DNA of 9,469 nucleotides from a virus (Duplodnaviria; Heunggongvirae; Uroviricota; Caudoviricetes): IMG/VR virus record IMGVR_UViG_2711768074_000026; one strand, 5' to 3'. Shown piece by piece: positions 1 to 6,273 of this stretch (position 1 is its first letter; each line of letters starts with the position of its first letter). The notes under the pieces were generated by a model. It saw only the letters and a program-made list of their open reading frames with translations, ran no database searches and was not told where the DNA came from. The position numbers and the translations under genes were made by a program.

Positions 1-104
1 GCGGGACTGGCGTATGGCAATGAGCCGCTTTATTATCGAGTTCGGTGACCGCCTGGACGGCCACTTCTGAGAAAAGGTATTTACACAGAATCCTGAACAG
101 GCTC
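1..104. repeat. Left copy of perfect 104-bp inverted repeat (partner 9366-9469)
   Basis: Manual reverse-complement of 9366-9469 equals 1-104 exactly; identity breaks at position 105 (t) vs 9365 (g). Lies within the 3' part of the minus-strand nuclease ORF. Confidence 0.9.
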
Positions 105-898
105 TTCAGCTTGCTAATCGGTAGCGTTTCTGTGAATCCGCTATTCATTACCTTACGTGGGATTTTCTTGCCCTGAATATTCTTTTTAATCCCCATTTCT
201 AAATCACCAGCTTTCCATCCAATGTTAAACAAATGTGAGCATTCAAAGGTGATTTTCTCGCTGGTGTGCTTCTGGTGTTCTCTTACCCGTTGCATCGGAT
301 CTTTGCGAGTGGTAATTCCATATTTGAAAAACTTCTCGCCAACACGAATTAGATAAAAGTGCATAGGGCGCTGTGCAAACTTGTTTCTGATAACCTGTTT
401 TCTACCATTCTGAATTGATTTAAGTACACCCCTAACCAAAGGGCATGTTAACCCGCCTTGTCTGCGGTTATTGTGTAAATCACCTTTCTTGTGAATCTTT
501 CCGTGGCACTTACAACGAAGAATTAGTTTAGTGTCAACACCCTGATAAGGTTCAGCCAGACCTAACACATCCCACCCTATCGGCTTGTAAAACTTGCGAG
601 CGTTTTCTAAGTGTTCTTCTTCGGTAAATCTAAACTTCTTCTTAGGCGGTGATACTCTATCTTTGCCAGTAAACTGACCAGTTAGAACATGACTAATACA
701 TGGCGTTTTAACCTTTCCGTTAACTTCTATGCAAACTTTGGTGTTCTGGAATGGTTTCTTTACAGGAAGCACAAAACCACTGTATAACCATCCATGCACT
801 TGACAAACTTTAATGATTCTGGTTTCATATTCGACCGGAGGGGTCGCACGTTTGCTTTTTGCGGTAAATTCGATATCCTTTGCTAAAGTAGTATTCAT
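1..898 (-). CDS. T5orf172/GIY-YIG-type nuclease domain protein, partial (3' end beyond left edge)
   Basis: ATG at 898..896 with GAGGA SD 7 nt upstream (plus 906-910 tcctc); frame open to position 2 (about 299 codons, no stop). Not in the ORF track because it is incomplete. Translation contains HFYLIRVGEKFFKYGITTRKDPMQRVREH, matching the GIY-x(10)-YIG..R..H spacing of the T5orf172 branch, preceded by a Cys/His-rich segment CKCHGKIHKKGDLH...CP. Confidence 0.6.
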   Translation of the reverse strand, partial: MNTTLAKDIEFTAKSKRATPPVEYETRIIKVCQVHGWLYSGFVLPVKKPFQNTKVCIEVNGKVKTPCISHVLTGQFTGKDRVSPPKKKFRFTEEEHLENARKFYKPIGWDVLGLAEPYQGVDTKLILRCKCHGKIHKKGDLHNNRRQGGLTCPLVRGVLKSIQNGRKQVIRNKFAQRPMHFYLIRVGEKFFKYGITTRKDPMQRVREHQKHTSEKITFECSHLFNIGWKAGDLEMGIKKNIQGKKIPRKVMNSGFTETLPISKLKSLFRILCKYLFSEVAVQAVTELDNKAAHCHTPVP

Positions 899-960
899 AG
901 TAGTGTCCTCGAAAATAATAAGTTCACTACTATTTATTGAGAAAAATTTGTTGTAATGGT
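899..960 (-). promoter_or_regulatory. Conserved upstream cassette copy B, with late-promoter-like AATAAATA at minus 938..931
   Basis: Plus 921-960 aagttcactactatttattgagaaaaatttgttgtaatgg is similar to 5676-5718 upstream of another minus-strand gene; the motif is one mismatch from TATAAATA. Confidence 0.3.
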
Positions 961-1374
961 TGAAGACCACGGGCAGGAGTAGTAGCCACGACCGCCACCG
1001 ATCAAACAAATGGTCGGACGGAAACCAGTAAGATCACAAAATGAATCAGTGTCATGTGCAGGAGAACGATGCTCTGCTTCGTCAGAGAAAATGTTTGCCA
1101 CCGGAGATTCCACTTTAACTTCCGGTGTTTCTTCAACATCTGACTTAACTTCTTCGACCACTGGTTCAACTTCTGGAGATTCTTCTTTTGTTTCTTCAAT
1201 GACGATCTCAGGTTCTTTCATTGCTTCAACCAGAGACGGATCAACTTCGTCGAATACCACTTTATCATCTGCGGTATATTTGTCTATAATGAAAAAATGG
1301 TCAGAAATATAGCTAACGTCGCCAGCATATTCTAACAAAAAAGCGCCCACCAGAGGCGCTTTTGTTTTATCCAT
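934..1374 (-). CDS. Acidic Glu/Pro/Val-rich low-complexity protein (start uncertain)
   Basis: ORF track 934..1404; minus frame uses cgt/ggt/gaa/ccg codons while the overlapping plus ORF 1010..1312 uses rare cgg/aga/gga/cga. ATG at 1374 overlaps the M15 stop (aATGGAtaa) with GGTGG only 1 nt upstream; alternative in-frame ATG at 1221. A terminator hairpin sits in codons 4-12. Confidence 0.45.
   Translation of the reverse strand: MDKTKAPLVGAFLLEYAGDVSYISDHFFIIDKYTADDKVVFDEVDPSLVEAMKEPEIVIEETKEESPEVEPVVEEVKSDVEETPEVKVESPVANIFSDEAEHRSPAHDTDSFCDLTGFRPTICLIGGGRGYYSCPWSSTITTNFSQ
1337..1368. terminator. Bidirectional intrinsic terminator-like hairpin
   Basis: Stem agcgcc (1342-1347) / ggcgct (1355-1360), loop caccaga, flanked by an A-run (1337-1342) and tttgtttt (1361-1368); on the minus strand the hairpin is followed by TTTTTT, directly after the M15 stop. 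Confidence 0.6.
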
Positions 1375-1720
1375 TCCACCGTGATTTTTTTGATCTGGAA
1401 TCAATATGCGTAAAGGTTTTATATTTTCCTAAGCCGTATTGAGTAGGATATTTCCCATCAAGATAAGCATGAACAATATCAGGCGAGACACCCTTGATAA
1501 CAATGTCAGCCGCACGGCCTCGAACATGATAGCTATTGGTTGCACCGCCAACATTCTTGTTATGAGTCGGGCAACGGTTGCCACTGTTAATAATCACTGG
1601 TTTACCGAAGTGCTCTCGTACATCCTCAAGAATCACCAGTAATTCAGCGTCGATTGTATCATAATCACATTTTCCGCATTTACATTTAAATTCCTTGCGA
1701 GAAAAATGCTTACTTAACAT
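1367..1720 (-). CDS. Peptidase_M15-type zinc peptidase (VanY/MepK-like cell-wall hydrolase)
   Basis: 117 aa; motifs SYHVRGRAADI and FTHID match the H-x6-D...H zinc-ligand pattern of the M15 D-Ala-D-Ala carboxypeptidase fold; ATG 1720 with GGGGG SD (plus 1725-1729 ccccc). Confidence 0.8.
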   Translation of the reverse strand: MLSKHFSRKEFKCKCGKCDYDTIDAELLVILEDVREHFGKPVIINSGNRCPTHNKNVGGATNSYHVRGRAADIVIKGVSPDIVHAYLDGKYPTQYGLGKYKTFTHIDSRSKKSRWNG

Positions 1721-1729
1721 ATTACCCCC

Positions 1730-2077
1730 TTAGATCATTTCGAAGATATAACCAATAAAGCGCATACCCTTGATATAATAAGGAGCAGTGCCTACACACA
1801 CCGCGCGTGCATCGCCCAGACAGTTAAAGCTATAAGGATTAACCACATCAACTTCTTGTCCTACACGAAAACGATACTTAGGACGTTTAGCCAATGTAGC
1901 GACACAAAACACGGTCCCTTTTTCATGATCGCGGATACATTCTTTATATTGTTTATGTTTAACTCTCTTCGCCTCAAAATCATGTGTCATAGATTCTGGG
2001 CTAATGCCATTAATAAAAATACCGGAAAGCTGATCGACCGGATAAGTAGGAAATTCAGTGAAAATATTTTTAGCCAT
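1730..2077 (-). CDS. Hypothetical protein, 115 aa
   Basis: ATG 2077..2075 with GGGGG SD 6 nt upstream (plus 2084-2088); compact operon spacing with neighbours. Confidence 0.6.
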   Translation of the reverse strand: MAKNIFTEFPTYPVDQLSGIFINGISPESMTHDFEAKRVKHKQYKECIRDHEKGTVFCVATLAKRPKYRFRVGQEVDVVNPYSFNCLGDARAVCVGTAPYYIKGMRFIGYIFEMI

Positions 2078-2115
2078 GTTATACCCCCATAAGTTTCTAT
2101 GAGGGTATTTATGGA

Positions 2116-2799
2116 TTAAACGTATTTCATGCGCGATTTAATGTGCTTATTGATGTTTTCAAGCATCATTGCTTCGTTGCTTTCCCACGATCCTAGCGTC
2201 GAATAACGAGTAGAAATTTTATCCGATTTAACGGCAACAATTCGCTTGCTCTGTTTCTGTATGCGTTTCTCTAAGCGACGTTTTGCCACCGCCGATCCAT
2301 TCCTAGCGCGTTTGGTTCGGGATTTCTTAGGCTTGTACTTCTTCATGATAAAAGTCCCTTCCTTGTTCTCTACCTTGATGAAGTTGCCGTTTTCGAGGTT
2401 ACGCATCATCTTACCGCCTTTGATGGCCTTAATGTTCCCGTGGGCGTCTAAGACCTTACCGTTGGCGATTGGAACTAGCTTATTGATTTTGCCCCCATCG
2501 AAATAGTGTTTCAGATAGTCGTCCTGACTGCCGATCTTCTTATCCTTATCCCTTGCGCCCTTGATGAAGATTTGGTGTCTCGTCCCTGATCGGTTCTTGT
2601 AGTTGGTATTACCTACAGCTTGCTGAGTCCAGCGAGTAGGTCTATCAACATTCTTGTTAATCTTCTTCTGGAGTGCTCTGGAAGCAAAGATCGCCCCTTC
2701 CCCTAGTGCCCTTTCGAATGTATCGGTTGCCTTTTCAGACCATTGCCGTAACGCTTTCTTAGTCCTTAGAGCGTTTCGTTTATTGGTACTGGTTGCCAT
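2116..2799 (-). CDS. Hypothetical highly basic (Lys/Arg-rich) protein, 227 aa
   Basis: ATG 2799..2797; GGGGG SD formed by the last two Gly codons of the upstream small gene (stop 2803..2801), implying translational coupling; K/R-rich suggests nucleic-acid binding. Confidence 0.65.
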   Translation of the reverse strand: MATSTNKRNALRTKKALRQWSEKATDTFERALGEGAIFASRALQKKINKNVDRPTRWTQQAVGNTNYKNRSGTRHQIFIKGARDKDKKIGSQDDYLKHYFDGGKINKLVPIANGKVLDAHGNIKAIKGGKMMRNLENGNFIKVENKEGTFIMKKYKPKKSRTKRARNGSAVAKRRLEKRIQKQSKRIVAVKSDKISTRYSTLGSWESNEAMMLENINKHIKSRMKYV

Positions 2800-2800
2800 G

Positions 2801-2971
2801 TTAGCCCCCTAATAACGAAAAGACCCCCGCCAGTGTCCTTAGCAATTGTTCATCCACGGTCATAGCCGGGAGTTCAAGCCCAAAGGACGTAAGCAGAGGT
2901 CTAATTGCTACGTTATAAGTGAGGGCGACAATCAAGAGATAACCAAAATATTTCTTAAGTTTATTCTTCAT
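2801..2971 (-). CDS. Small single-pass membrane protein, 56 aa
   Basis: Internal ATG 2971..2969 of track ORF 2801..3043, with GGGG SD (plus 2977-2981); hydrophobic helix YFGYLLIVALTYNVAIRPLL. The track's upstream start lacks an SD. Confidence 0.5.
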   Translation of the reverse strand: MKNKLKKYFGYLLIVALTYNVAIRPLLTSFGLELPAMTVDEQLLRTLAGVFSLLGG

Positions 2972-2990
2972 ATATTCACCCCTTTTATTA

Positions 2991-3269
2991 TTATTTTTGT
3001 TTGAGTATGTCGAGAACTTGGTCAAACTTAGCGTCCATCGCAACCACTTTCTTCTCTATACCGTGTAGTGTTTGTTCCATTTGGTAAACACGTTCAGCAA
3101 TCTGAGTATGGTTATTCTGCATCGTCTCAAACTTCTGGTTTAACAATGCGTCGCTGGATTCCAATTTCGACAATCTATTTTCAGTTGCTAATTGATTTCG
3201 GTGAAGTCTCCATAATCCACCGCAAATTAAGGCGATAACACCGATACCGCCATATATAATTTCAGTCAT
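2991..3269 (-). CDS. Membrane-anchored coiled-coil protein, 92 aa (spanin/holin-associated-like architecture)
   Basis: ATG 3269..3267, GGGGG SD (plus 3274-3278); N-terminal TM segment IIYGGIGVIALICGGLW followed by a heptad-like helical region. Confidence 0.6.
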   Translation of the reverse strand: MTEIIYGGIGVIALICGGLWRLHRNQLATENRLSKLESSDALLNQKFETMQNNHTQIAERVYQMEQTLHGIEKKVVAMDAKFDQVLDILKQK

Positions 3270-3299
3270 TACGCCCCCGATATTTTTATATAGTTTAAT

Positions 3300-3357
3300 G
3301 GCAAAATTATTTAGATAAAAATAATCCCGCTTAACTCAAAAGAATTAAGCGGGATTA
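3300..3357 (-). terminator. Intrinsic terminator for the upstream Rha/repeat-domain gene
   Basis: Perfect 13-bp stem taatcccgcttaa (3322-3334) / ttaagcgggatta (3345-3357), 10-nt loop; on the minus strand followed by TTTTTATCT (revcomp of 3305-3321). Confidence 0.65.
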
Positions 3358-3374
3358 ATTATTAGAATTAAATT

Positions 3375-4145
3375 TTAAGAAACAGAAATACCCGTAGCGG
3401 CTTTCTTAGTAACAATTACAGAAAGATCGCTGATCCATGTGCTGGGAGTCCAGTTGTTGATTGCGCTTGAACTTACTTCAAAAGTTAGCGTAACTGGTCC
3501 GTGTCCGGCTGGCATATCAATAACAGCACTATACAATCCAGTCTGTCTGCCATATGCACGGTTATATAATTCAGCACCGTTCTTGCGAACAATCAAGCGA
3601 CAGTTATCATAGTAAGTATTGTTATTCGAGCCTTCACGCGCATTAAGACCACCAAAGCTAATAGCCGGAACGATAATCTGACGATCAAACGGGTGATCAT
3701 CTTCAATTCGAACAGTGATTGTACCTTGCGGATAACCGGGATAGCCCAATGATGGGTTTTCGTCCCAATGTGGGAATCGACGACCAATAGCTTTCACGAA
3801 GTCACCACGCACCTGATTAGCATCAAGCATACCCAAAATGCGGCAACTTGAATTAATCGTTACGTTGTTCATTTCGCCGGAATCAGCCACCAAATGACCA
3901 CGAATATTAGCGTGTCTAAAATGACAAGTGCCATCTTTGCCGATATACCATCCATCGTTACCATTCCAGTTATAAGACTGGATATAGTTACCAATTTTAG
4001 CATTATCGATAGAGCCATCAATAATATGACCTGTTCCGATCTGGGCGTGCTGGATGTGAGCACCGTTAATCTGGGCTGTGCCGATTTTAGCCGTGGTGAT
4101 GCTAGCATCGTTGATCTGGGCCCTTCGTAGAGCCTCGTTTTTCGC
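3375..4145 (-). CDS. Repeat-containing C-terminal domain ORF with no in-frame start (256 codons); probable downstream half of a Rha fusion separated by a 1-nt frame difference
   Basis: Frame open from the TAG at 4148..4146 to the TAA at 3377..3375, with no ATG/GTG/TTG before the TTG at 3893 (hand-translated 3894-4145). Upstream part reads AQINDASITTAKIGTAQINGAHIQHAQIGTGHIIDGSIDNAKIGNY (short A-x-I repeats, fibre/adhesin-like); codon usage is coding-like throughout. Confidence 0.5.
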   Translation of the reverse strand, partial: AKNEALRRAQINDASITTAKIGTAQINGAHIQHAQIGTGHIIDGSIDNAKIGNYIQSYNWNGNDGWYIGKDGTCHFRHANIRGHLVADSGEMNNVTINSSCRILGMLDANQVRGDFVKAIGRRFPHWDENPSLGYPGYPQGTITVRIEDDHPFDRQIIVPAISFGGLNAREGSNNNTYYDNCRLIVRKNGAELYNRAYGRQTGLYSAVIDMPAGHGPVTLTFEVSSSAINNWTPSTWISDLSVIVTKKAATGISVS

Positions 4146-4653
4146 CTAATAAGCGGCTAAGACTGTGTGCATCAATAGCTTTACGGATATGAAGATCAAC
4201 TAATTGTTCTTTTTCTTGAATCAGTTGTTCGTTTGCGGCTTCTAATTCCATTGCCTCACGAATCCAATCGAGCTTAGTCATGTTTGCGTATGGGTTGACT
4301 TGCTGAGAACGCAGTTTTTCATTTTCTTCTTTCAGTCGTTTCCATTCCTGAATAACAACCATTCGACGCTTAACATCGTAACCAGTGACAAGAGTCAGAG
4401 TCATTTCTTCGTCTAGTTGATATTCGTTTTGTTCGCGTCCGTATTGGTCAAAATAGATGACGCGAAACTTCGCGTGATCTTCATAACCTAGAGCATTCAA
4501 CATCTTAGTTATATCAACTTTAACTTTGTGGTGTTCTTTTCCGGTAAATTCAGCGATCTGACGAGAAGACATGGTCAGTGGTTTGGTGTTATCAACAACC
4601 AGAGACACGGAAGCAGTTTTAACAGCAGTATTCATAGTAGTAACAGTATTCAT
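4102..4653 (-). CDS. Rha-family phage regulatory protein (N-terminal Rha domain plus coiled-coil linker)
   Basis: TMSSRQIAEFTGKEHHKVKVDITKML...YFDQYGREQNEYQLDEEMTLTLVTGY matches remembered Phage_pRha conservation; ATG 4653 with GGGG SD (plus 4664-4667). Stop TAG at 4104..4102 overlaps the downstream open frame by 44 nt. Confidence 0.7.
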   Translation of the reverse strand: MNTVTTMNTAVKTASVSLVVDNTKPLTMSSRQIAEFTGKEHHKVKVDITKMLNALGYEDHAKFRVIYFDQYGREQNEYQLDEEMTLTLVTGYDVKRRMVVIQEWKRLKEENEKLRSQQVNPYANMTKLDWIREAMELEAANEQLIQEKEQLVDLHIRKAIDAHSLSRLLGEKRGSTKGPDQRC

Positions 4654-4696
4654 AGTAAAAATTCCCCTTAAACGGTTTAGTGATTTGGTCCTCCTA

Positions 4697-4730
4697 GTTC
4701 CGGCATCTCAACCGGAACAATTTTATTTAT
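4697..4730 (+). other. Hairpin with T-rich tail on the plus strand, between two minus-strand genes
   Basis: gttccgg (4697-4703) / ccggaac (4712-4718), 8-nt loop, then aattttatttat; the orientation fits termination of plus-strand (antisense) transcription or an RNA stability element. Confidence 0.3.
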
Positions 4731-4742
4731 GATAGAAATTTA

Positions 4743-5075
4743 TTACCAATCGATTTCTACTTGGTCTTCTTCATAATAAGGAATCGCATATTCATAACGC
4801 CAGTTTTCGATGATTTCACGTTCTTCATTAGTAAGAAGGTGATTGCTAACTGGAGTTGCATTGTGATTACCAGCTTCGAATTGCTCGCGAACTTCCAGCA
4901 TTGCATGAATACCAGTTAAGGTCATCAGATCAAACGGAACATGCATACTACGGGAGATAGTTTCACGGGATACGCCCCAATCATTTTCTACATGGCTAGG
5001 GGTTACAGAAACGGTTTTGCCGGAGATTTTAACAGTCCAGTCATACAGGGATTTAGTGATGGTAAATTCTTTCAT
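4743..5075 (-). CDS. Hypothetical protein, 110 aa, acidic C-terminal region
   Basis: ATG 5075..5073 with AGAGGA SD (plus 5082-5087 tcctct); sigma70-like promoter upstream. Confidence 0.6.
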   Translation of the reverse strand: MKEFTITKSLYDWTVKISGKTVSVTPSHVENDWGVSRETISRSMHVPFDLMTLTGIHAMLEVREQFEAGNHNATPVSNHLLTNEEREIIENWRYEYAIPYYEEDQVEIDW

Positions 5076-5131
5076 GTTACATCCTCTTTACAAATCTAGG
5101 TCAAATAGGTTCAAAGTTGTCAAGTGCGATA

Positions 5132-5160
5132 ATCATAAAAAAGTCAGAAATTTTTGTCAA
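5132..5160 (-). promoter_or_regulatory. Sigma70-like promoter (TTGACA-17-TATGAT) for the 110-aa gene
   Basis: Minus strand: TTGACA (plus 5155-5160 tgtcaa), 17-nt spacer, TATGAT (plus 5132-5137 atcata). Confidence 0.45.
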
Positions 5161-5195
5161 TAGCCCTTGACAAGACACCAAAGGGTTGACCTAAC

Positions 5196-5645
5196 TTACA
5201 GCATATCTAAGCCTTCATCGTAACCGTAGAAGCCACCGTGAGAAGAGAAAGCGATTGGTGCGTAGTCTTCGTCTTCCTCATCTTGTTCTGGGGCTTCCTG
5301 AGCGGTTTCTTTACCGTAATTAAACATTGCTTCATCCAGTTCACGAAGAGTCAAGAAGCTACCCAGGTCAATGTCACCGGAACGGACTTGAAACGGCAGA
5401 TCATCACGAACAATAATTGCTGGAATATCGTTGTATTGAAGACGACCCTCATCAGTAAAACAGTCGATGATCACAGTAGGACGACCATTTCGTTTTAAAG
5501 CGTAGAAAGCAGTTGAGTAGTTGGAGTCTTCGGAATGACGAATGATGTTATAACCACGATGAGCGAAAACTTCTAGCATATGGAAGTTACCATAGTTTTC
5601 AGAGTCCAGACCCAGAAGTACGAAAGGAGTTTTAGTATTGATCAT
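5196..5645 (-). CDS. Hypothetical strongly acidic protein, 149 aa (acidic tail EQDEEDEDY)
   Basis: Internal ATG 5645..5643 (MINTK) of track ORF 5196..5675, GAGGA SD 7 nt upstream (plus 5653-5657); the track's upstream start is TTG without an SD. Rough net charge about -17. Confidence 0.6.
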   Translation of the reverse strand: MINTKTPFVLLGLDSENYGNFHMLEVFAHRGYNIIRHSEDSNYSTAFYALKRNGRPTVIIDCFTDEGRLQYNDIPAIIVRDDLPFQVRSGDIDLGSFLTLRELDEAMFNYGKETAQEAPEQDEEDEDYAPIAFSSHGGFYGYDEGLDML

Positions 5646-5720
5646 AGTGGTATCCTCTAAAAGAAAGTGAATCAAGTAAGTTCACTATTATTTATAAAGA
5701 GAAAATTCTTGTTATTATGA
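5646..5720 (-). promoter_or_regulatory. Conserved upstream cassette copy A, with exact TATAAATA (minus, plus coords 5689-5696)
   Basis: Plus tatttata at 5689-5696 is TATAAATA on the minus strand, 44 nt upstream of ATG 5645; the surrounding 40 nt is similar to 921-960. Confidence 0.4.
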
Positions 5721-5844
5721 AAGGTGATTGTATTCAGTCGGGCAAAGCCCTCCTTCATGATTTGATTAAATTATGATCAAAACGAAGAAGTATCTTTAGA
5801 ATATAATCTTTCTTTTGGAGAAATAATAATCAGGAAGCAATTTA

Positions 5845-5873
5845 GCAACCGAAGGTTGCAATCCCGAAGGGAT
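5845..5873. other. Tandem GC-rich micro-hairpins with GAA loops
   Basis: gcaacc-gaa-ggttgc (5845-5859) and atccc-gaa-gggat (5861-5873); a similar ccgaag core recurs in the hairpin at 8725-8742. Confidence 0.5.
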
Positions 5874-5899
5874 ACCAATACCTTTCATGATCATTAAAG

Positions 5900-6140
5900 T
5901 GATCTAGAATCATCTAGTAACCAGTTAACTACTATTATCTTCAAAGTGATTATTACTATCTTTCTAGAATCAGTTAGTAACTAGTATTAAATCCCTTTCG
6001 AGAAAATCCTTTCAGAAGTGATTCTCGATGCCACGCAGTGGCGTCGCAGACGTTTGAGAGTGAGCGAAGCGAGCGAGCAAACTAGTTAATTCCTTCTAAG
6101 ACCATCTAGTATCATCTAGTTTAAATTAGTTGTTACTAGA
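5900..6140. repeat. CTAG-rich palindromic repeat cluster (TCTAGA/ACTAGT/ATCTAGT units)
   Basis: tctagaatca at 5903-5912 and 5963-5972; related 25-mers 5903-5927 and 5963-5987; catctagt at 6103-6110 and 6113-6120; ttactagaag 6133-6142; eight CTAG within about 240 bp. Confidence 0.6.
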
Positions 6141-6273
6141 AGTAATTGGTTAGCGCTTCGCGCAGTCGGGCTACGCCCTCCTAATTATCTTTTTGGTTAT
6201 TTGTTGTTTTTAGTTTTACACATGAGCGTAGCGAATGTGTTATATAATATCTATGCACGCCCGATCCCCCGCC

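Noticed and set aside
1010-1312. Track ORF 1010..1312 (+, 100 aa, Ser/Thr-rich) and ORF 1002..1199 (-)
   Set aside because: Antisense or overlapping shadows of the acidic minus-strand ORF; the plus frame uses rare cgg/aga/gga/cga codons and has no SD.
1439-2506. Plus-strand track ORFs 1439..1642, 1856..2092, 2246..2506
   Set aside because: Each lies fully inside a better-supported minus-strand gene (M15 peptidase, 115-aa, 227-aa), lacks an SD and has poor codon usage; treated as antisense shadow ORFs.
3593-4130. Track ORFs 3593..3787 (-), 3869..4108 (-), 3894..4130 (+)
   Set aside because: Alternative-frame or antisense ORFs inside the Rha/repeat-domain coding region; hydrophobic low-complexity translations typical of off-frame reads.
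5238-5498. Track ORF 5238..5498 (+)
   Set aside because: Antisense to the acidic 149-aa gene, with no SD.
2801-5675. Longer N-terminal extensions given by the track (starts at 3043, 5675, 7072, 1404)
   Set aside because: These upstream starts are TTG/GTG or ATG without a Shine-Dalgarno sequence; internal ATGs at 2971, 5645, 7087 and 1374 have SDs at proper spacing.
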